Counted from the first letter of the stretch, positions 19,710-30,976 are shown. The stretch: DNA of 64,000 nt from Ruminococcus sp. (GCA_017457955.1 JAFTGL010000008.1:36068-100067), one strand, 5' to 3'. The notes: a model not told the origin generated them from the letters alone. Made by a program: numbers and translations.

Positions 19710-20012
19710 TATCTTAGTCGCCCCACTGTTATACATGTGAAAAGCACATCGGAAGACTCTTTCTTCTGCTGATATTGACTCAGTTTATGAATCGAACGAG
19801 AGAAAACCTTATGTGTGCCTTTCGCGGATTACGGCATATTAGGGTAAACACTCGGTTGAAATCTAAACTCGCGCCACAGGCGATTTGTGAGCATTTGTGA
19901 AGGGGTTACGACAAAGAATCATAATGATATTCCCTAATGAAATGTTCTCTGATAACAGCAGCTGTTCACAAAAAGTTTACAGCATTTTGTCGAACGTAAA
20001 TTCTATAAATTG

Positions 20013-20041
20013 TTGACTATCCGATTACACTGTGTTATAAT
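20013..20041 (+). promoter_or_regulatory. Sigma-A promoter of the HTH-RHH-relaxase operon
   Basis: TTGACT-17 bp-TATAAT with extended -10 TG. Confidence 0.7.
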
Positions 20042-20223
20042 AGGAAAGCAAATTGAATAGGAACGAATAAGTGAATCGTTAGTTTTAGAGAAGAAGTTAT
20101 CCTGCATCGGAGAAAGTTTCCGAAAAAGGAATCAATCTCCGGCGCGGGATTTTTTCGCCTTATTTTATTCGTACATATATTCTATAATTGAAATCAATAA
20201 ATGGATCTAAGAAAGGAGAGTCA

Positions 20224-20652
20224 ATGATAAATCATCCTAAGAAAGATATCATACAGATTGCAGTAAGACCGGGTTATGTTCTCATTCCGCGTGAATTCTT
20301 TACTCTCGAGTTGAGCGCGAATGAGTTCCGTATCTACATTGTTTTGCTGACTTATGAGGATCGCAAAACACATACCTGTTATCCGTCGTTGTCTACGCTT
20401 GCGAAAGCGGCGGGAGTCACTAAAAAGACCGCAATGAAATGTGTTCATCTGCTCGAGGAAAAGAGATTGATTGACATCAAACACACAAAAATGTATGCGA
20501 AGGACGGCTCTGTTCTCAACGGTAATCTCGAGTATCATTTCAACCCGATCTCATGGGCTGTCAGATATCAGAACGAGAATAAGCTGAGAGAGTCCGCAAG
20601 GATTCAGCAAATCTATAAGAAGCGCAAAAGGTTTGCTAAACGCTCGGCGTAA
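20224..20652 (+). CDS. Helix-turn-helix protein (replication-initiator N-terminal/HTH_36-like)
   Basis: RBS AAAGGAG; LSANEFRIYIVL, CYPSLSTLAKAAGVTKKTAMKCVHLLEEKRLI. Confidence 0.75.
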   Translation: MINHPKKDIIQIAVRPGYVLIPREFFTLELSANEFRIYIVLLTYEDRKTHTCYPSLSTLAKAAGVTKKTAMKCVHLLEEKRLIDIKHTKMYAKDGSVLNGNLEYHFNPISWAVRYQNENKLRESARIQQIYKKRKRFAKRSA

Positions 20653-20820
20653 CTATTATGGGTGCTTTTGGAGCGCGCTTAGGGGAAGCAGGTAAAAGCG
20701 GGGGTCGCCTTTGGTGCTTCCACGCAAATCACATCGGACGGCAGAGCCGACCGTTTCGCCTTTATTTGAGTATTCCTTTAGGTGGGTTGCAAAAGGGTCG
20801 TCCCGATTTGGAGGTTTATT

Positions 20821-21234
20821 GTGAAAAAAGAGAGATTCAATACCTATCTTGATGAAGAATTGAGTAAGAAGATGACAGCGGCGATGGAGCTTTCCGATGT
20901 CAGCTCCGAGAGCGAATTCATCCGCAACGCGGTGGAGTTTTATGTCGGTTATATCTTTATGGATCGGTCATCCGAGTTCCTCGCGCCGGTTATAACCGAC
21001 ACGATGAAGGAGGTTCAGTCCGACTACGAACAGAAGGTGTCCGAGATGCTCTTTAAGGTAGCTGTTGAAGTATCAAAGACGAACCATGTCCTGACAGATT
21101 ATTTCCGTTTTCCCAAGGAATATCTGAAAGGTTTTACCGCTTCTGTCGCAAAGGAAGTTGCCGAAACCAACGGTATTATTCATATCGAGGACAGAGCAAA
21201 AATGAGTGAAAGCCATGCCGAAACTGATTATTAA
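20821..21234 (+). CDS. Ribbon-helix-helix relaxosome accessory protein (putative)
   Basis: RBS GGAGG + GTG; RFNTYLDEEL...SEFIRNAVEFY; overlaps relaxase start. Confidence 0.65.
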   Translation: MKKERFNTYLDEELSKKMTAAMELSDVSSESEFIRNAVEFYVGYIFMDRSSEFLAPVITDTMKEVQSDYEQKVSEMLFKVAVEVSKTNHVLTDYFRFPKEYLKGFTASVAKEVAETNGIIHIEDRAKMSESHAETDY

Positions 21235-22765
21235 ATCACATTTTTATAAAAACCCAAAGGGCTTTCATATAGACAAATACGTTCGGTATATTGCGACTCG
21301 TGAAGGCGTTGAGAAGCAGCGCGGCAGGAAAGATAACCGCCCGTACACCAAGGCGCAGAAAGAGTTGATGAACAAGTGCTTTTTCACTTTTCCAGACTCC
21401 GCTGAGCTCCCTGAGTTCCAAGCCTTTGTTGATGAACCGACACGCTACCGTGCAAGCGAATACATCGACGCCGTACTCGACGCGCACGCCAAAGATATTG
21501 CGAGCGTTCCCGAACTGGTAAAGTATATCGCGAACCGTCCGGGCGTAGAAAAGATCGGCTCACACGGTCTGTTTTCGCAGACGGATGAACCGATCAATCT
21601 CGAAGAAGTTGTCGATTTGGTTGACGAACGCAAGGGCAATGTATGGAATCATATTATGAGTTTGAAGGTCGAGGATGCTGCGCGTTTGCATTACGATAAT
21701 GCCGACGCATGGAAGCATCTGATACGCAGAAACATCAACGAGCTCGCTGAGATCCATCATATGAAGCCGTCGGATATCCAATGGTATGCCGCGTTCCACG
21801 AGAAGGATTATCATCCGCATATTCATCTGCTGGTGTTTTCTAAATCAGGCTACGGATACCTGAGCAAAAAAGGTATGGAAAGGATGCGCAGCGTCTTTAC
21901 CAACGATATATTCCGCGGCGAAATGTATCGGATATTCACAAATCAGACAGAGATTCGCAATCAGTTGAAGAGAGAGGTTAATGATTTATTAGAGAAAACA
22001 CTATCGACTGAAAACTCTTTTCAGATGTACTATCTCGCGCTTTTACAGCGCCTTCGAAAAGAACTGGACGGCTGTAAAGGTAAGAAGATCTACGGTTATC
22101 TGCCGAAGAAAGTTAAGCATTATGTTGATTTTGTTGTCGCTCAGATTGCGAAAGATGAAGGGATCAATTCACTGTATGAAAAGTGGTGCGAGGCCAACCG
22201 ACAGAAGCTGAGTATGTATCACGACAGCGTCAAGGAACCTGACGTTCCTCTGGAGGATAACAAGGAGTTTCGTTCTCTGAAAAACGCTGTGATACAAACA
22301 GCTTTGGAGATGGATTTCACCCTGCCTCCCGCTGAGAATTACAGCAGTATCGGCGGTCTTTTATCTCAGCTTGCGCGTCAGATCGCGGGCAGTTCCGTGA
22401 ATAAACTGGACGCTCTGAACAAGAAAACTGTTCGTCAAGATAAGAAAGAGATGGATAAGATAACCGAAAAGAAGCTCGCTCACGGACTGAAACCAGGCGG
22501 CGCTTCGGAAAAAGAAGAGGAAGAACCGGCAGAAAACTTCTCGCTCGAACCGCTCCTCGATACCGTTGATCTCCTTCTGCTGAACAAGGAATACGAACCG
22601 CTCAGGGTGAGGAAACCCGTGCTATCAGAGGACAGCATCGACGATGATTATGAAGCCTATCTCAGAGAGAAATACGGCAGCGAAGAAGATGACGACTTCG
22701 ATAATGGTGAAGATTATGATGAAGGTTTCGACGAAGAAGAACATGGCTGGGGACAATCGATGTAG
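21215..22765 (+). CDS. Relaxase, MobP3-like family
   Basis: YVRYIATREGVEK, YIANRPGVEK.GSHGLF, HUH motif WYAAFH...HPHIHL, KKIYGYLP, acidic tail ending WGQSM. Confidence 0.88.
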   Translation: MPKLIIKSHFYKNPKGFHIDKYVRYIATREGVEKQRGRKDNRPYTKAQKELMNKCFFTFPDSAELPEFQAFVDEPTRYRASEYIDAVLDAHAKDIASVPELVKYIANRPGVEKIGSHGLFSQTDEPINLEEVVDLVDERKGNVWNHIMSLKVEDAARLHYDNADAWKHLIRRNINELAEIHHMKPSDIQWYAAFHEKDYHPHIHLLVFSKSGYGYLSKKGMERMRSVFTNDIFRGEMYRIFTNQTEIRNQLKREVNDLLEKTLSTENSFQMYYLALLQRLRKELDGCKGKKIYGYLPKKVKHYVDFVVAQIAKDEGINSLYEKWCEANRQKLSMYHDSVKEPDVPLEDNKEFRSLKNAVIQTALEMDFTLPPAENYSSIGGLLSQLARQIAGSSVNKLDALNKKTVRQDKKEMDKITEKKLAHGLKPGGASEKEEEEPAENFSLEPLLDTVDLLLLNKEYEPLRVRKPVLSEDSIDDDYEAYLREKYGSEEDDDFDNGEDYDEGFDEEEHGWGQSM

Positions 22766-22789
22766 CATTGTCCGGATTAACTGGGTGTA

Positions 22790-22812
22790 AAAAAGCCGCC
22801 CCGAAGGACGGC
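22790..22812 (-). terminator. Intrinsic terminator on minus strand
   Basis: Minus strand GCCGTCCTTCGGGGCGGC followed by T6. Confidence 0.7.
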
Positions 22813-22936
22813 AATAGGAATTCTTCAAACAGGGAGAGTATCGACGGAGGGTTTTCCATTGAGAAATTGATGTTTTATCCGAGTCAAGAGCCAAAGAAAA
22901 CACCCGAAAAATGCCGCTGTTGTATGGATGGGAGAT

Positions 22937-24151
22937 TCAATAAAGATATGGTCGGATCACACACGCTTGACCTTGAACATCATAGCGCATCGTGCAGTCG
23001 TTAAACTCAACTAAGCAAGCGCAATGACCACCCGGTACATATACATCGGTATAAAGGTTGTAGGTTATAAGGTGACGAGGACACGGCTGATTCTCTTCGC
23101 CTCCGGGATAAAGAAGCATGGAATCTAAACCTAAATCGCGTGCTGCTAAGGCAGTCATTACTGCTCCTTCAACACATTTCATCTGAGAATACTTATAGTT
23201 GGTTTTGATGTACATGGCGAAGGCTTTCATCTTCTCTTTGTCTGTCATATTAGGTCTCCAGCACGCGCTTTCTATCTCTCTGACGATCGCTTTTGTATCA
23301 TCACACTTACCGTAACCTTCACTGAGACTGACCGTAACCGAAGTGCGTTTCAACAGCACGTCGCGATAGTAAAAGTCAACAGAAAAAGAAGCGGTTCCAC
23401 TGAGACCGATAATGGATACTTGGTATGGGTAAACGGTGTTTGTACAGTGAGCGTCCACCCAGGCGATATCGTTACCACTGTCATCACGGATAAGATAATC
23501 ACAACCGATAGCTTTTCCGCTCAAGGCAGCGATATACGTTTCCTTGTATCGCTCATCGCTGTAATCGATTCGGCGAACATCATATTCGCTGACGACTTCG
23601 ATATGTATATTGGCAGGATCGGGCAAAGCCTGGTTCCGAAGCATGAACGAAGCGGTGTTACCGGAAGAATTATCGAGTGTGACCGCATCGGGAATCTTAG
23701 AAATGTTGAAGTCGAACCCGTCAACGGTAACAGTCTTATCGGTACGGATTACAGACAAAGAATTAATGGGCGGCTCAAGTGATGATAACGTGCTTTCTGT
23801 TGGAATAATAGCATGAACAGTTTCCTTTTCTTCTGTCGGAAAGGATTGATTGAGCGGTTCGCCAATCGGATATGCCACACTGAAATGTACAAGCCATCGC
23901 TGAATGGATGTAGCGTCCAGTATGGTAATGACGCCGTCGCTGTCCACATCAGCATAACAGTGAAAAGCATCATCAATCTCAATTATCTTTGCCACATCTC
24001 GCTGGATCTTCGTTGAATCTGTAATACAAATTTCACCATCTCCGTCAGCGTCACCAAGCAGCAAAGAAGATGCGCCGACCGAAATCGTAACGACAGACGC
24101 GGTGATCACGATCACCAAAATAAATAAGAATATCAGTTTAACCATTTTCAT
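22937..24151 (-). CDS. Secreted dockerin-containing protein with C-terminal transglutaminase-like domain
   Basis: Signal peptide; duplicated Ca-binding loops GDADGDGEICITDSTKIQR / DVDSDGVITILDATSIQRWL; putative triad KCVEGA, GGHCA, RYDV. Confidence 0.75.
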   Translation of the reverse strand: MKMVKLIFLFILVIVITASVVTISVGASSLLLGDADGDGEICITDSTKIQRDVAKIIEIDDAFHCYADVDSDGVITILDATSIQRWLVHFSVAYPIGEPLNQSFPTEEKETVHAIIPTESTLSSLEPPINSLSVIRTDKTVTVDGFDFNISKIPDAVTLDNSSGNTASFMLRNQALPDPANIHIEVVSEYDVRRIDYSDERYKETYIAALSGKAIGCDYLIRDDSGNDIAWVDAHCTNTVYPYQVSIIGLSGTASFSVDFYYRDVLLKRTSVTVSLSEGYGKCDDTKAIVREIESACWRPNMTDKEKMKAFAMYIKTNYKYSQMKCVEGAVMTALAARDLGLDSMLLYPGGEENQPCPRHLITYNLYTDVYVPGGHCACLVEFNDCTMRYDVQGQACVIRPYLY

Positions 24152-24301
24152 AATCGCTTACCTCCTTAACCGGTTTGGTGTATTTTAACTTAGGTTAAGG
24201 TGTATCGCAAGTAGAATTATCGGCAATAAAACTGTGCATTATGGTGGGGTAAGAACTACTACACATTAACAAAGAATAGACTTTTTCAAAGGAGTAACAT
24301 C

Positions 24302-24502
24302 ATGAGCAAGAAAGAATATATCACCCAGGCAGAAGAAAGAGAACAGACCATCCCCGAAAATATGAGATATACCTATATAGGATCGCTGGTTACCATTGAC
24401 GGCGTAGGCTATCCTGTTGTTGCGTCAATCTCTCTCGGAACGACAGATTGTAGGTTGCAAACAGCAGAAGAAAAAATATCAAAATTAGTGGAAGGCAATT
24501 GA
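24302..24502 (+). CDS. Small TnpW-like protein
   Basis: RBS AAAGGAG; TIDGVGYPV...TAEEKISKLV; directly upstream of serine recombinase. Confidence 0.5.
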   Translation: MSKKEYITQAEEREQTIPENMRYTYIGSLVTIDGVGYPVVASISLGTTDCRLQTAEEKISKLVEGN

Positions 24503-24532
24503 ATATTTCGCTGGATATTTCCGCCGACTTAG

Positions 24533-26317
<1,785 letters not shown>

Positions 26318-26416
26318 CAAAGCCATAAAAAGAAAAAACCGGAAGGCTTTCGCCTTCCGGTGGCCCCGCAGATATGCAATTCTCCGTTAAGAACAACCGC
26401 ATAAGGGAGCTTTTCT

Positions 26417-27820
26417 TTATGATGTGCTTTTTGGAGCAGAGCCGAGTTCCCGATAGGTTCTGACAATTAGGATCACGGAGATCACCAGCGTGAGGATATC
26501 CGACACGGGCATAGAGTACAGCACGCCGTCCAGTCCGAAGAACAGCGGCAGTAATATCGCGAAGCCGACGCCGAACACGATCTCACGGATCATTGACAGC
26601 GCCGTGGACGCGGCCGCCTTGCCCATTGCCTGCAAAAAGATGAACGACGCCTTATTGACGCATGCAGGGATCATCATGCACAGATAAATGCGGAATGCCT
26701 TGATCGCGAAGTCGGTGTAATAGACGCTCTCCTGCGCCGCTCCGAAGATGTTGATGAGCGCCTGCGGGAATGCTTCTACGATGATCAGAGCGACCGCTCC
26801 GACCGCCGCTTCACACAGCAAGAGGCGGGTGAACAGGGACTTGACGCGGTCGCGCCGTCCCGCTCCCATGTTGAAGCCGACGATGGGGATACATCCCGCC
26901 GCCATGCCGACAACGATGGAGATGACGATCTGAAAGAATTTCATAACGATACCGACGACCGCCATCGGGATCTGGGCGTATTCCTCCTGCCCGAATACGG
27001 GGTCGAGCGCGCCGTATTTGCGCACCATGTTGTTGATCGCCGCCATCGCCGCGACCAACGAAAGCTGTGACAGCAGGGAACAGAGTCCGAGTGTCAAAGT
27101 GCGTCCCGCGATCCGCATATTCAGGCGGAAATCGCCCTTTTCAAGGCGAAAGCTCTTTGTCCGCGTGAGATACACGACGGCGAGCACGGCGGTGATGATC
27201 TGACCGATGACCGTCGCGACAGCCGCGCCCATCATGCCCCAGCGGAACACGAAGATGAAAACGGGGTCGAGGATGATGTTTGCGACAGCGCCGGACAGAA
27301 TGGAGATCATGCCGAAGCGCGGCGAGCCGTCGGCGCGGATGACGGGATTCATCGCCTGACCGAACATGTAGAAGGGGATGCCCAGCGCGATCCAGAAGAA
27401 GTATTCTTTGCTCAGCGCATAGGTCTGTTCGTTGACCGTGCCGCCGAAGACCGTCAGGATTTCGCCGCTGAAAAGCAGGTAGACCGCGGTGAGTATCAGG
27501 CTGAAACCAACCGTCATGACAATGGCATTTCCAACGCTCTTTTTGGCTTTCGCGGCCTCTCCCTGCCCTAAGTGCAGGCTGACGAATGCACAGCAGCCGT
27601 CGCCGACCATGACAGCGATCGCGAGGGCGATGACCGTCAGCGGGAATACGACGGTGTTGGCGGCGTTGCCGTAGGAGCCGAGGTAGTCGGCATTCGCGAT
27701 GAAGATCTGGTCGACGATGTTGTACAGCGCGCCGACCAACAGCGAGATGATACACGGCACGGCGTATTTGCGCATCAGCCTGCCGATTTTTTCATTGGCT
27801 AAAAAATTCTGATTATCCAT
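26417..27820 (-). CDS. MATE family efflux transporter
   Basis: LYNIVDQIFI, IRADGSP, NIILDPVFIF, GAAVATVIGQ; about 12 TM; RBS GGAGG before ATG 27820. Confidence 0.93.
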   Translation of the reverse strand: MDNQNFLANEKIGRLMRKYAVPCIISLLVGALYNIVDQIFIANADYLGSYGNAANTVVFPLTVIALAIAVMVGDGCCAFVSLHLGQGEAAKAKKSVGNAIVMTVGFSLILTAVYLLFSGEILTVFGGTVNEQTYALSKEYFFWIALGIPFYMFGQAMNPVIRADGSPRFGMISILSGAVANIILDPVFIFVFRWGMMGAAVATVIGQIITAVLAVVYLTRTKSFRLEKGDFRLNMRIAGRTLTLGLCSLLSQLSLVAAMAAINNMVRKYGALDPVFGQEEYAQIPMAVVGIVMKFFQIVISIVVGMAAGCIPIVGFNMGAGRRDRVKSLFTRLLLCEAAVGAVALIIVEAFPQALINIFGAAQESVYYTDFAIKAFRIYLCMMIPACVNKASFIFLQAMGKAAASTALSMIREIVFGVGFAILLPLFFGLDGVLYSMPVSDILTLVISVILIVRTYRELGSAPKSTS

Positions 27821-27844
27821 ATTTCCTCCAAAATTATTCTTGCA

Positions 27845-27902
27845 GACAAAAAGAAAAGCGTAAGCCCGTGATCCGGACTTACGCTTTTTCAGCAACTCGA
27901 TG
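27845..27902 (-). promoter_or_regulatory. Leader attenuator / candidate Na+-type riboswitch upstream of MATE
   Basis: Between a TTGCAA-17-TATAAT promoter and the RBS lies terminator AAAAGCGTAAGTCCG...CGGGCTTACGCTTTTCTTTTT with alternative pairing. Confidence 0.5.
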
Positions 27903-27984
27903 TTCTTATTATATTCGATTTTTACCTGTTTTGCAAAGGGAGTTTTGCACAAACTGCCGTGCGAACGGATAAAGAATTTTACCG

Positions 27985-30102
27985 TTATTTCTGATAGGTG
28001 ATGGTAAAGCCGTCGGGGTAGTACCAGCTCAGGTGGTTATTGCTGCCGTCCATCGCGCGCGCCGTATAGGTGCGGGTCGTACCGTTCGCGATGCTCGTGT
28101 CGGTGTAGGAGGTGGAGGCGGTGTCGGTCAGCTTTGTCCAGCCGCTTGCGGTCTTGTAGTACAGGCGGTACTTTGACGCGCCCGAAACCGCGGTCCATTT
28201 GATATTCACGCCCGCGGAGGTGTTGGACAGCACCAAGCTCGGCGCGGCATAGTATTTGATCGTCTTGCCCGCGCGGAAGTAGCTTGCGAAAGCGGTGCCT
28301 TCGGCATTGATGCAGCGCACGGTGTAGGTGTAGCTTTGGTTAGAGGTGACGTCGGTGTCAATGAAGGAGGTGTCCGTCGTGTCTGTCAGTCTTGTCCAGC
28401 CATTGGCGCCATAGTAGTAGACGCGGTATTTCTCGGCGCCTTCCACCTTGTTCCAGCTGATCTTTACGCCGTCCGCGGCGTTGCTCAGGGTGATCTCGGG
28501 CGCACGGACGAATTTGATGCTGAAGCCGTCAGTGTAGTACCAGCTCAGATGGTTGTTGTTCGCATCCATCGCGCGGATGGTGTAGGTGTAGGTGGTGCCG
28601 GAGGCGACGTCGGTGTCTACGACGGAGGTGCCGGTCGTATCGGCGAGCTTTGTCCAGCCGCCGCTGCCCTTGTAGTATACGCGGTACTTCGACGCGCCCG
28701 CGACAGCGTCCCATTTGATGTTGACTCCGTCAGCGGCGTTGCTGAGCGTCAACTTCGGCGCGGCGTAGTATTTGATCTTCTTGCCCGCGCGGTAGTCGCT
28801 GGTGTAGGCGCTGCCGTCCGTAGTGATACAGCGCACCGTATAGGTATAGGTGCTGTTGGATCTGACGTCGGTATCGATGAACGAGGTCTCGGCGGTGTCG
28901 GCGAGCCTTGTCCAGCCGTTGCTGCCGTAGTAGAAAATGCGGTATTTTCCCGCTCCTCCGACGGTGTTCCAGCTGATCTTCACGCCGTCAGCGGCGTTGC
29001 TCAGGCTGAATTCAGGCGCGCGGATGAACCGGATACGGAAAGCGTCGGCGTAGTACCAGCTCAAGAGGTTGCCGCTCGCGTCCATCGTGCGGATGGTGTA
29101 GGTGTAGGTATTGCCCGAGAGAACGTCGTCGTCCACGGCGGAGGTGCCTGCGGTGTCGACGAGCCTTGTCCAGCCGTTGCTGCCCTTGTAGTAGACGCGG
29201 TATTTGGACGCGCCCGTGACAGCGTTCCAGGTGAGCTTGACGCCGTCCTCCATGCTACTGAGCTTGAGGATCGGCGCTTCGTAGTAAACAGCCGACTTGC
29301 CGCTGGTGTCATAGTCGCTGACGAATTTGGAAGCGTCGGGAGACAGACAGCGCACGGTGTAGGTGTAGCGCGTCCCGTTGGAAACGTCGGTATCGAGGAA
29401 GGAGGTCTCTGTGGTATCGCCGAGTCTTGTCCAGCCGTTTTTGCCCTTGTAGTAGACGCGGTAGAGCTGTGCTCTGGGCACGGGGTCCCACGAGATATTC
29501 ATACCGCCCGCGCCGGTGGAGACCTTCAGCTGAGGGGTGTCAAGCTGAACGTCGGTGACGCTCTCGGTGTATTGGAAGCGGGAGTCCTTGATCGTATAAT
29601 TGCTGTCGACGACGGTCTTGTCGCTGACGTCGTCCACATATCTGACCTTCGCCGACAGGTCGTAGGTACCTGCTTTTTCAACGCCGAAGATCAGCGAAAG
29701 CACGACCTTTTGTGAAGAAAAGGAGATGCCGCCCGGGCTGACGAAGTTCATGACATAACCGTTGATACCGAGGGTATTGCCGCCCTCAGAGCGCAGTACG
29801 ACGGAGTTGTCGGGCGCCGCGGGAGCGATACGCAGGATGTGTGTGCTGATTTCGTCCTGAGTATAGCCGCTGAGTCCGTTGAAGTCGACCGGCAGCTCGA
29901 CCTGCGCCGTAGCGAGTTTGCTGCCTGTATAACGGAAAGAGATCTCATAGGCAAAGTAATCGCCGACCTTGACGGTGTGGTTCTGACCGCCGACCCTGAT
30001 GGTCGCGACGGCGTCCGCGGCGGATGCGCCGACCGTGCCGACCGCGCAAATGCTGAGCGTCAGCACCAGCGTCAGCAGCATACTGATGATCCGTTTTTTC
30101 AT
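27985..30102 (-). CDS. Secreted protein: cohesin-like N-domain plus six Fn3-like repeats
   Basis: Signal peptide ending ASA; six W..V.GA..YRVYY.G..GW..L..T repeats of about 90 aa. Confidence 0.8.
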   Translation of the reverse strand: MKKRIISMLLTLVLTLSICAVGTVGASAADAVATIRVGGQNHTVKVGDYFAYEISFRYTGSKLATAQVELPVDFNGLSGYTQDEISTHILRIAPAAPDNSVVLRSEGGNTLGINGYVMNFVSPGGISFSSQKVVLSLIFGVEKAGTYDLSAKVRYVDDVSDKTVVDSNYTIKDSRFQYTESVTDVQLDTPQLKVSTGAGGMNISWDPVPRAQLYRVYYKGKNGWTRLGDTTETSFLDTDVSNGTRYTYTVRCLSPDASKFVSDYDTSGKSAVYYEAPILKLSSMEDGVKLTWNAVTGASKYRVYYKGSNGWTRLVDTAGTSAVDDDVLSGNTYTYTIRTMDASGNLLSWYYADAFRIRFIRAPEFSLSNAADGVKISWNTVGGAGKYRIFYYGSNGWTRLADTAETSFIDTDVRSNSTYTYTVRCITTDGSAYTSDYRAGKKIKYYAAPKLTLSNAADGVNIKWDAVAGASKYRVYYKGSGGWTKLADTTGTSVVDTDVASGTTYTYTIRAMDANNNHLSWYYTDGFSIKFVRAPEITLSNAADGVKISWNKVEGAEKYRVYYYGANGWTRLTDTTDTSFIDTDVTSNQSYTYTVRCINAEGTAFASYFRAGKTIKYYAAPSLVLSNTSAGVNIKWTAVSGASKYRLYYKTASGWTKLTDTASTSYTDTSIANGTTRTYTARAMDGSNNHLSWYYPDGFTITYQK

Positions 30103-30204
30103 GTGATTCCTCCTCATGCCGGCTTACGGCAATGATATATATTTTCATTATATACTATCCCAGACGCAAAAACAAGAATAAACTGTGAACATTTCAAATG
30201 TAAA

Positions 30205-30233
30205 AATGACCGCCGGAAACGGCGGTCAAAAAA
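30205..30233 (-). terminator. Intrinsic terminator after nadE
   Basis: TGACCGCC-GGAAAC-GGCGGTCA flanked by A runs. Confidence 0.65.
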
Positions 30234-30234
30234 A

Positions 30235-30960
30235 TTATATCTCGGGTTTGAAGGACGGCATAAGCTGTAATTTGAAGAGATTCGCCTTGTGCTTTCTGTC
30301 GATCAGCGCCTTTTTGTCGGGGTCGTCGATCTCGCCGGTGCGGATGTAGCGATCAAGCTCTGCGTAGGTGAAGCCGAGGTTCTCTTCGTCCGTCTTGCCG
30401 CAAAGCCCGTCGATCGGCACCTTGTCGACCAGCACGTCGGGCAGTCCGAGCAGTCTGCCGATCTGCTTCATCTCCGCGACGGTCAGGAAGGAGCAGGGGC
30501 TGAAATCGCCTACGCTGTCGCCGTAGCGGGTGGAGTAGCCGACCCAGTCCTCAGAGAGGTTGCAGGTGTTCGCGACTCTGCCGTTGTGACTCTGCGCGAC
30601 GGCATAAAGCGTCGTCATGCGCACGCGGGGCGGCAGGTTTGTTCTGCTTTGCTCGCTCAATTCGAAGGGGATAGCGGCAGTCAGACCGTCCACGGCGTCT
30701 TTGATGTTGACGATGTAATGCTCGATGCCGAGGTGGCTGACCAAGAGCTTTGCCATGTCGATGTCCGCCTGTTCGCCGCAGGGCATCAGCACGCCGATGA
30801 CCCTGTCTTTACCCAATGCCTCGACGCACAGCGCCGCGACGATGGAGCTGTCCTTGCCGCCGGAGATACCGACGACCGCGTTGCAGCCTTTGCCGTTTTC
30901 TTCAAAGAAATCGCGTATCCATTGGACACATTCGTTTTTGACTTTTTCCGCGTTAAACAT
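30235..30960 (-). CDS. nadE: NH3-dependent NAD+ synthetase
   Basis: GISGGKDS PP-loop, NLPPRVRM, GYSTRYGD, TDEENLG; no glutaminase domain. Confidence 0.93.
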   Translation of the reverse strand: MFNAEKVKNECVQWIRDFFEENGKGCNAVVGISGGKDSSIVAALCVEALGKDRVIGVLMPCGEQADIDMAKLLVSHLGIEHYIVNIKDAVDGLTAAIPFELSEQSRTNLPPRVRMTTLYAVAQSHNGRVANTCNLSEDWVGYSTRYGDSVGDFSPCSFLTVAEMKQIGRLLGLPDVLVDKVPIDGLCGKTDEENLGFTYAELDRYIRTGEIDDPDKKALIDRKHKANLFKLQLMPSFKPEI

Positions 30961-30976
30961 GATAATACCTCCGGGA

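Noticed and set aside
22625-23004. Small ORFs 22625-22903, 22662-22859 and 22768-23004 as toxins or cargo
   Set aside because: They overlap the relaxase or cargo ends and a terminator; no convincing RBS
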